64,000 bases of DNA from Nitrosopumilus sp. (GTDB lineage: Archaea; Thermoproteota; Nitrososphaeria; Nitrososphaerales; Nitrosopumilaceae): assembly GCA_965207075.1 (NCBI GenBank), contig CBDBLO010000002.1, positions 128,001-192,000 on the forward strand. Reading direction: 5' to 3'. The notes below the pieces were generated by a model. The model saw nothing but the letters and a program-made list of their open reading frames with translations, was not told where the DNA came from and made no database searches. A program made the translations under genes and the position numbers. Within the stretch, counting starts at the first letter, position 1. Each line of letters starts with the position of its first letter. This document shows, one piece after another, positions 57,127 to 64,000 of this stretch.

Positions 57127-57681
57127 TCAGGCCGCCCAGGGCTGCGACTCGAGATGGTCTATGTCGCCCATCAGATCGTCAAGCTTCTTGGACGTGGCCA
57201 CTACGGAGCGGAACTGCTCGTACATCTCAAACTCCTCCTCCTTTGAGAGTATCTCCGCCTCGGCCCTGTCAAAAAAGTCCTCCTCCTTTGAGAGGTGGTC
57301 GGATATGTATACGGAGTACGCCCTCATGTACCGGGCAATGGGCTCGCGCGCGTTCAGGTCGCTCCCCTCCTCCTTCCAGCGCCGCATGTACCGCCGCAGC
57401 TGCACCGCGACGCGCCTGGAGAACTCGTGCTCTACCAGCAGCACGTGGATCTCGCGCCTCAGGTGGTCGTAGCTTGCGACGCACGGAAAGTACGAGTCCT
57501 CCTCCCGGGAGTAGTGCACGGCATCGAGGAACTCCTCCATTACGCGCGCGATCTTTTCAACGTCGCCGAACGGGACGTTCCTGCCGTCGTATAGCGCGGT
57601 ATAGCACTTTGTGACTATGCTGTCGAACCTGCGCACCTGTATGTGGTCACGCCGCAGCTCCTCCGTCGCGCTCAACGTCAC
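57127..57681 (-). CDS. Hemerythrin (HHE) domain protein
   Basis: DH, HYSREE, EH, HLSKEE ligand pattern. Confidence 0.88.
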   Translation of the reverse strand: MTLSATEELRRDHIQVRRFDSIVTKCYTALYDGRNVPFGDVEKIARVMEEFLDAVHYSREEDSYFPCVASYDHLRREIHVLLVEHEFSRRVAVQLRRYMRRWKEEGSDLNAREPIARYMRAYSVYISDHLSKEEDFFDRAEAEILSKEEEFEMYEQFRSVVATSKKLDDLMGDIDHLESQPWAA

Positions 57682-57775
57682 GCGGGGCGCAGGCGGGGCT
57701 TAATAATGATCGGGCGGCGGCACCTATGCCGCGCCGCGCGTGTCAAGACGGTAAAGAAAAACTCGGGTAACGGAG

Positions 57776-58678
57776 TCAGAGGTCGAGCGAGTCCTTGAGC
57801 CCCTTGTACCTGTTCCGTATGGTAACCTCTGTCACGTTTGCCGACTCTGCTATGTCGCGCTGGGTCTTGTCCTCCCCGTTCTTGACGCACGACAGGTACA
57901 GCGCCGCGGCCGCAAGCCCCATCGGATCCTTTCCGGCGGAGACCTCGTTCTCCTGCGCCTTTTTGAGGACCTTTATTGCGTACCTCTTCGTCTTCTCCTC
58001 TATCCCAATCCTGCTTGCGATCCTTGCAATGCACTGGATCGAGTCCGTGACGGGCATCCTCAGGTCGAGCTCCTTGACAAGCAGCCGGTAGCATCTCGCG
58101 ATGTCCTTGCGCTTGATGTTGGCGGCCTGCTCCACGTCCTTGAGGTTCCGCGGCGTGGCGGTCTCCCTGCACGCCGCGTACAGGGCAGATGCCATCAGGG
58201 CCGATATGGAACGGCCCCGTACAAGCCCCTTGTCGAGCGCCTTTCTGTATATGTAGGCGGCCTTCTCGATCACGGGATCCGAGATTGCCATCTTGTCCTT
58301 TAGGCGGTTGAGCTCGCTGAACGCCTGCCTGAAGTTGCGATCAACCGGCTCGTGCACCTGGCTGCGGCTGTCCCACGTACGGAGCCGCTCTATGGTGCTC
58401 TTCATGGTCGCGGCAAGCGGGCGCCCGGAGGCGTCCTTGTTCAGAGGATTGATGATGGTTGCAAGCCCCATGTCATGCATTGTCAGCGAGGTCGGGGCCC
58501 CGGCCCTTGCACGATCGCCGTGCTCGTCTTGGGCAAACGAGCGCCACTCAGGGCCCGACTCCTGCAGCTTTTCAGATACCACGTAGCCGCAGGCGGAGCA
58601 GAACATCTCTCCAGACTCGTTGTCGGTGACCATAACGCCCCTACACCTGTTACACAGGTCTTTTGATACACTTACCAT
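57776..58678 (-). CDS. tfb: Transcription initiation factor IIB
   Basis: Zn ribbon CNRC...CSACG, GPEWR, GLVRGRS, GKDPMG, VTEVTIRNR; ATG 58678. Confidence 0.97.
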   Translation of the reverse strand: MVSVSKDLCNRCRGVMVTDNESGEMFCSACGYVVSEKLQESGPEWRSFAQDEHGDRARAGAPTSLTMHDMGLATIINPLNKDASGRPLAATMKSTIERLRTWDSRSQVHEPVDRNFRQAFSELNRLKDKMAISDPVIEKAAYIYRKALDKGLVRGRSISALMASALYAACRETATPRNLKDVEQAANIKRKDIARCYRLLVKELDLRMPVTDSIQCIARIASRIGIEEKTKRYAIKVLKKAQENEVSAGKDPMGLAAAALYLSCVKNGEDKTQRDIAESANVTEVTIRNRYKGLKDSLDL

Positions 58679-58836
58679 GGCTATTAACCTCAAAAAGTGG
58701 TCTTTATTAATCATGAACTCATTCGGGGCACAGCGGGCGCTGTAGGCACGCACATGCCAAGGCGCCCGTGCGTCCGCAGCCACGGGAGGGGATCTGCAGG
58801 CAGTGTATTATTATCAAACCGCCACCACAAGGAGGC

Positions 58837-59901
58837 ATGAGGGATCGGTTGCCGTCGCGGTGCGGGAGCGGGGGTGCACAAGGGACGCTGGGGTCACCGT
58901 CACCGTCACCACCACGGTCACTGTCGTCATTGCCGTCGCCTCCAGTGCTGGCACTCATGGTAATGGCAGTGGCCGTCGCATATGCGGGAGCATCCGCGCA
59001 GCACGCGGCGCACGCAGAGGTGGGATCCCTCGTGGATGCGCACTCCGTGGAGGGCGGAATAAACATAGAGATAACATATCCTGACGGCCTAGTTGCGGGA
59101 AGGGAGGGGACCGTCTCCATCCTCGTCAAGAACAACGGCTGGGAGGACAAGCAGGACATCTCCTTTGAGGTATCGCTGTCTGACGATAGGGCGGTCGGCG
59201 CCGACCCCCCGGACGTCCTGGCCATAGGGCGGCTGGCCGAGGGCGGTTCGTACGGCGAGAGCATATCCATATCCGCGGCCGACGACGCGGGCCCCGGCAC
59301 GCACTACCTGAACCTGCGTTACACTCACGTCTTGGTTGCAAACAACGAGGAGCCCCAAGCGCCGTTCTTTTACGACATAGCGGTTCCGATCAGGATAAAG
59401 GGGGACGCGAGCGTCAGCATCCGCACGCAGATGCCAGAGTCGATATTCGGCAACGCCGAGTTCCCAATTACGGTCGAGGTTTTATCAAACGACATTGATC
59501 TCAGGGACGTGCGGATCAGGATAATCCCGCCGTCGGACATCGAGTTCCGGGGCGAGACACTGCACGCGTTCTCAAAGATAGAGAGGGGGGTGCCCGTCAG
59601 CATAACCTCAAGAATAGTCACGCCAGCGGATGAGGTACCCACAGAGTACAAGCTGCCGTTTGAGATCACGGTCCAGTACGTGGACGACGTGGGGGAGGAG
59701 CAGTCCGACGCGCAGACCGTGTCGACCGTGCTGCGGCCCAGGATGTTCATGGAGCTTACCGCCGAGGGGGGCATATGGCTGGGAAATATCTTCATCGCGC
59801 CCTACGTGAGCATAGGCACGATAGCGGGGATCCCCGCGGGCGCAGTCATCTCAATCCTGCTAAAGCGAAGGTTCGGTGGGGACGGGAGGCGCAAAGGGTA
59901 A
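58837..59901 (+). CDS. Exported protein with Ig-like domains and C-terminal membrane anchor (COG1361/S-layer-like)
   Basis: Signal-like segment, beta-rich domains, C-terminal TM plus basic tail. Confidence 0.7.
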   Translation: MRDRLPSRCGSGGAQGTLGSPSPSPPRSLSSLPSPPVLALMVMAVAVAYAGASAQHAAHAEVGSLVDAHSVEGGINIEITYPDGLVAGREGTVSILVKNNGWEDKQDISFEVSLSDDRAVGADPPDVLAIGRLAEGGSYGESISISAADDAGPGTHYLNLRYTHVLVANNEEPQAPFFYDIAVPIRIKGDASVSIRTQMPESIFGNAEFPITVEVLSNDIDLRDVRIRIIPPSDIEFRGETLHAFSKIERGVPVSITSRIVTPADEVPTEYKLPFEITVQYVDDVGEEQSDAQTVSTVLRPRMFMELTAEGGIWLGNIFIAPYVSIGTIAGIPAGAVISILLKRRFGGDGRRKG

Positions 59902-59919
59902 CAGGGCCGGGCGCGGCCG

Positions 59920-60249
59920 TCACTTGCCGGCGCCGTCCGGCTCCGGCGCCCCGCCGTCGCACCTTGCGCGTATGGCATCCGTATACCTCCGGCTGTACTC
60001 GTTGAAGAGGCGTATCTTGTCCTGGGCCAGCGCCATGGCTCCAGGCCTGCCGTTGACGGCGGAATCTGCATCCATCTGTTCTGCAAGCAGCCGCTGGAGC
60101 TCCTCCGCGCCGGCGCCCGCAAGTCCCACCAGCAGCACCTCAAGCTCGGAGGCAAGCATGTCCCTAGTGTCCGGAACGGCGGGCGGCCGGGCACCGATGA
60201 TCTCCCTTGCCACGATGCGCCCGAACACCCTCCTGTCTAGATCCAGCAA
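59920..60249 (-). CDS. Hypothetical protein
   Basis: TTG start about 25 nt downstream of CTTTTATAC; RPGAMALAQ.KI.LFNEY motif. Confidence 0.6.
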   Translation of the reverse strand: MLDLDRRVFGRIVAREIIGARPPAVPDTRDMLASELEVLLVGLAGAGAEELQRLLAEQMDADSAVNGRPGAMALAQDKIRLFNEYSRRYTDAIRARCDGGAPEPDGAGK

Positions 60250-60336
60250 CGCATGACCGCGGCGCAGAGGCCGTATAAAAGGCGCGGCGGCGTCCCTTAA
60301 CTACAATTTTATAGGTTTGAATTTTCCGCCCTGACA

Positions 60337-60528
60337 ATGGTTCTCAACCTGAGGTGCGCAGACTATGGCTTTGAGTGCAGTTTTGCCCTTAATGCCAAGG
60401 CGACTGCAGAAACCATTCAAAAACTGAGGCATCATTTCGAGGAGGAGCACGGGATAGACTATACCACCGAGGCCGTGATCCAGATGGTGACCAACCGCGG
60501 GCACACGCTGGACTCCATAAGGCGCTAG
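60337..60528 (+). CDS. DUF1059-like small metal-binding protein
   Basis: LRCADYGFECSF...HFEEEHG. Confidence 0.8.
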   Translation: MVLNLRCADYGFECSFALNAKATAETIQKLRHHFEEEHGIDYTTEAVIQMVTNRGHTLDSIRR

Positions 60529-60562
60529 GCCGTTCCCCGCTCGTCATCCGGCTTCCCCCGGA

Positions 60563-61063
60563 CTAGGGAGATGGCCTTTGCGCGTCTTGCGCCCCGTCCC
60601 CATTTCCGTTTCCCCGTCCCCGGCCTGCAACGGCATTATCCACCTTGCCGGTGCCGCCGCAAGAGGTGCACGCGTACCTGCGCGTCTTGCGGAACAGCAT
60701 ACCCGTCTTGCGCTCTAGATATCCGTCCCCGCCGCAAGAGGTGCACCGCACCGGCGGGCGGGCCTGGGATCTGCTGCGGCGGCGTGTCTTCTGGCGGGCG
60801 GCCCTGCCCTTCTTGGACGGATCCTTGCGCGTATACTTGGCCGACTGCTTCCTGACGTGGCCGCTCTTGCGCGGCATGCTCGGCACCTCGCCTTGGGGAC
60901 CCGCTATGCTGTTGTACGCCCATACCACCATCTTGTACATCTCAATGTCGCCCGAGGGCCTGTCGGGGTGGTACCTCAGTATGCAGCTGCGGTACTTGGC
61001 CTTGATCGTCTCGGGGGGATCCAGCGGCGAGGCTCCAAGTACGTCATACGGGTCCGCATTCAT
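60563..61063 (-). CDS. J-domain protein with two CxxCxGxG zinc-finger repeats
   Basis: DPYDVLG, YHPD, CTSCGGDG and CTSCGGTG. Confidence 0.85.
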   Translation of the reverse strand: MNADPYDVLGASPLDPPETIKAKYRSCILRYHPDRPSGDIEMYKMVVWAYNSIAGPQGEVPSMPRKSGHVRKQSAKYTRKDPSKKGRAARQKTRRRSRSQARPPVRCTSCGGDGYLERKTGMLFRKTRRYACTSCGGTGKVDNAVAGRGRGNGNGDGAQDAQRPSP

Positions 61064-61446
61064 GGCAGGCGATTCCGGTACGGCGGCAGTATATTCATGT
61101 CTTGGGTTGCCGCCGCCACCGGTCCCCCGCCACGACCAGCCCATTGGCAAGAGCGCGGGCTCGCATGCGGCGACCAGATCCTAAGGCTTGGTCGAACAGG
61201 CGCGGTATTTCTAAAAGTCCTGCAGGGCGCTCGTTGGCCGTACGCGAACAATAAAGCTCCCGGCACCCACCGGTCTAGAATAGTTACCAGACCAATGTCG
61301 ACTTTTCAACTGCAGGTCGGTGCCTTGCGCCAACCGCTCGTACGGGGACAGATCCGCCTTGCAGGTCACGGGTCGGATCTTGCATGCAAGAAGGCACTCC
61401 AGATTTGGATACACCTCCTTATATAACGCAGGGCGTAAGGGTATGT

Positions 61447-62112
61447 ATGGCTGCCATGCTGACGCCGGACTTGCAGGCGGGCGCGGAGAGACGCGGGGGC
61501 GCCGTGCGCGGTGCCGCCATGGGGCACGTGGGGCTTGACACGGACGACCTGTACTGGCTGAACCCCGCCGTCGCCAGCGCTGCCATCACCGCCTCCGGTA
61601 TACTTACGAGGCTGGAACTTGCAACGGACGCGCTTGACTCCGCGATTGCGTCCATAAGGGGGCAGGTGCGCGACATACGCGGGCGCAACAGGAGGCTGGC
61701 CCCTAGGTACGACCCCGGCAACGAGGTACACGCCAAGTCGATGGGCCTGGAGCATGTGATGTCCGTCATGCTCGAGGCGCTGATCCGCGCGCGCCAGAGA
61801 ATGGTGACGCCTGTCACGGCGCGCCAGATGCCCCGCATGCTGCTGCCTGCGCTGTATGTGGTGCGCACCGCACACATGCAGCTGTCCCAGGACGCGGCGC
61901 CCGGGTGCCAAGAAAGCCTGCACGACGCATCGGCCCACTTGGGCGGCATCATCCTCGACGCGGCCACGATATCGGGCTCCAACCTGAACCTTGGCCGGTC
62001 CAACGCGGAGGTCTCGGCAATATTTAGTCAAGCGAGATTGACTGTCGACTCTAAGTTAAGAAAGCAGTATGACAAACTGGAGATGCCGGCAGCATGCAGG
62101 CGATACTGCTAG
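61447..62112 (+). CDS. Divergent ESCRT-III/Snf7-like protein
   Basis: Aligns by eye with the CdvB paralog at 53774-54448; CTTATATAA box at about 61418-61426. Confidence 0.55.
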   Translation: MAAMLTPDLQAGAERRGGAVRGAAMGHVGLDTDDLYWLNPAVASAAITASGILTRLELATDALDSAIASIRGQVRDIRGRNRRLAPRYDPGNEVHAKSMGLEHVMSVMLEALIRARQRMVTPVTARQMPRMLLPALYVVRTAHMQLSQDAAPGCQESLHDASAHLGGIILDAATISGSNLNLGRSNAEVSAIFSQARLTVDSKLRKQYDKLEMPAACRRYC

Positions 62113-62354
62113 GCGGGGCACGGACTAACAGCGGCACGCTATGCAAAATGCCCATCCCCGTATCATCATATCTGCGTCCTGTCGTTCGGTGTTACAGGTT
62201 TGTCGTCGTCCTACCGGTGCGGCGGCGCAGGTGACGCTTGTAAGGCAGCTAGAAGTACTGCAAGGACAAGGGGGGGATTCCGGGGGGAATGGGCGCGGCG
62301 GCCTAGTACGGAAAGCCGATCCGATATCCATGCATTGCGCATGGCGGCCAAACA

Positions 62355-63693
62355 TGTAGAGTCGGAAAATGATGTCACGGTGTGTCGTGACATTGCTCCA
62401 CGCATGCCTGGACTCCATATGAATTTTGAATTCCCGGTTCCGCTGGGCCAGCCCAAGCGGCCGGCAGCGTGCCCGACGTGCGCGAACTGCCGCGAAAGGT
62501 ACGCTTTTACATGATCGTGCGCAGCATACGCTGGAGGGTCCTACGGCGGGGTTGACTGAGGTGTCTTACCCGTCGTCATCCTTGTATGACCGGCCCTCTG
62601 GGAGCCTCCGCTCGCGGTATGCGTCCGCGGGCGTCTGCCCGTACAGGCTGCCGTGCGGCTTGTTGTTGTGGTTCCTGACGAACCTGGCAGTCGGGTCGCT
62701 CTCCATTGCGGCGGGGGCGCCAAACGGGGCCGCCGTGCCCGGCGGTCCCGCAACGTCGGCAAAGTGCCCGACCTTGTACTTGTACTCCTTGAACACGCGC
62801 TCCGCCTTGCCATTGGTCTGGGGATGCCCCACGCGCGCCAGGATCTGCTTTACGCCGGCGTCCCCGAGGTGCTCCTCAAAGTGCGTGCGCCCCCTTTCGC
62901 GCTTTGCCTCGGACTCCATGGCGTAGAACTGGGATCCGTGGTCGGTCAGGACCGAGTACGGCGTCCCGTGCGCCAGGCAGGCCTGCTTGAAGACCGCGGT
63001 GGCGTTCTCGGACGTGGCGCGGTCAAACACGCCGTGTCCGACGATGTACCGGGACGAGTCGTCCACGTATACGATCAGCCACCTCCCGTCCTCCAGCTGC
63101 GTATAGTCCGTGTGCCAGAGCGTGTTGCTGTGCCTCCGCTCGTACCTCACGTACCTGCGCTGCCTCTTCTTGGCGTGCTCCTCGCGCGCCAGCCCGTTCT
63201 CAAGCAGCACCCGGTGCACGGCGTCCTTTGGGACGTGGTCCCCCGCGTTCCTGATGTGCCAGTATGTGGCAGACGCGCCGTTTACGACCCGGCCGAACGC
63301 GGCCAAAACCGCGGAGTGCTCCCTGCGCCCCGGCTCGCCCTTCCGGTGCCTGCCGGGGCGCCTTGGAAGGTACAGTATCCGCCCCGTGTCGAGGCGCCTG
63401 AACCGGCTCCAGATGCGCTGCACCTGCCTTATGCAGACCTTCAGGATGCCTGCAATCGTCTTGTTGCTTGTCCCCCTCCTCTTTTCGCGGACGATGAACC
63501 TTGCGTCAAGCGTGTCCAGCTTGCGTATGGGCTTCCTGCCCTTCTCGCTGGCAGTCTTGAGTATGCGCTCGGTCTCCTCCCTTTGTTCCTGTATGAGGAC
63601 ATGTTCGTCATACTTGGTTTGAGGTGTCATTACGCCTCCCTCCATGTCGGCTCTCTTATGCGTCGGGGTGACATGATTCCCCGACTCTTCACA
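62355..63693 (-). mobile_element. IS481-family element, copy 2 (1339 bp), inverted relative to copy 1
   Basis: Same ends as copy 1; own 13-bp TSD TGGCGGCCAAACA (62342-62354, 63694-63706). Confidence 0.94.
62566..63645 (-). CDS. IS481-family transposase, same protein as copy 1
   Basis: Translation matches 51589-52668 from MEGGVM onward. Confidence 0.93.
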   Translation of the reverse strand: MEGGVMTPQTKYDEHVLIQEQREETERILKTASEKGRKPIRKLDTLDARFIVREKRRGTSNKTIAGILKVCIRQVQRIWSRFRRLDTGRILYLPRRPGRHRKGEPGRREHSAVLAAFGRVVNGASATYWHIRNAGDHVPKDAVHRVLLENGLAREEHAKKRQRRYVRYERRHSNTLWHTDYTQLEDGRWLIVYVDDSSRYIVGHGVFDRATSENATAVFKQACLAHGTPYSVLTDHGSQFYAMESEAKRERGRTHFEEHLGDAGVKQILARVGHPQTNGKAERVFKEYKYKVGHFADVAGPPGTAAPFGAPAAMESDPTARFVRNHNNKPHGSLYGQTPADAYRERRLPEGRSYKDDDG

Positions 63694-63738
63694 TGGCGGC
63701 CAAACAGGCAAAGAAAAAGAAGGGGTGGTGCGGAGGAC

Positions 63739-64000
63739 TCAGTCTACCCTGACCGTCTTTCCGCGGTTTGCGCCTTCGGCCAGGCCGAAGGTGATCTGGA
63801 GAATGCCGTTGCGGTAGGATGCCTTGGCAGAGTTGGCGTTGACCTTGCGCTCAAGCGGGATCCGCGCCTGGTACTTCTTGCCGCCCCCGCCCTCCGCGGA
63901 GACTGACACGTGTTTCCCCTCGACTGCGATCCTGATGTCGCGCTTCTCTACGCCGGGCATCTCGGTTATCATCTTGACAACCTTCTCCTTCTCGTCGACT
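63739..64000 (-). CDS. hsp20: Small heat-shock protein Hsp20 (5' end outside window)
   Basis: EMPGVEK.DI, ASYRNGILQI alpha-crystallin motif. Confidence 0.9.
   Translation of the reverse strand, partial: VDEKEKVVKMITEMPGVEKRDIRIAVEGKHVSVSAEGGGGKKYQARIPLERKVNANSAKASYRNGILQITFGLAEGANRGKTVRVD

Noticed and set aside
61150-61410. Hairpin-rich intergenic region as an ncRNA
   Set aside because: Several short stems but no dedicated promoter or strand-specific G-U signal; compatible with chance at this GC content
51541-63693. Composite transposon formed by the two IS481 copies
   Set aside because: Each copy has its own distinct 13-bp TSD, the outer flanks do not match, and the enclosed genes are housekeeping

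Overview
GC-rich archaeal chromosomal segment. Gene content (archaeal TyrRS, PCNA, TFS, RpoL, TFB, GINS, thermosome, CCA enzyme, CdvB/ESCRT-III, thaumarchaeal-type 'PSWVK' domain, mostly leaderless genes with a TATA box about 25 nt upstream) points to Nitrososphaerota (Nitrosopumilaceae-like). A host-associated lineage is possible, but that is inference. Most of the window is housekeeping, plus tRNA-Pro(GGG), four intact IS elements with readable TIRs and TSDs (two IS5-family, two near-identical IS481) and an IS66 remnant. Best candidate for an undescribed system: 27.5-35.8 kb, encoding a KamA-type radical-SAM aminomutase with a basic residue at the lysine-binding Asp position, an MscS channel, and a coupled operon of ATP-grasp ligase::pseudo-M20, a GGT-like Ntn hydrolase with a remodelled pocket and a duplicated autocleavage motif, and an N-formylglutamate amidohydrolase. 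This suggests a beta-glutamate-based amide/osmolyte pathway. Also notable: a promoter-driven structured ~130-nt ncRNA candidate (55.05-55.18 kb), three unrelated IS elements inserted 45-51 bp upstream of divergent host start codons, an MFS transporter with a HisKA-like tail, a cryptic ESCRT-III paralog, and widespread low-complexity loop expansions in core enzymes. All protein-family calls are from motif recognition by eye; no database searches were run.
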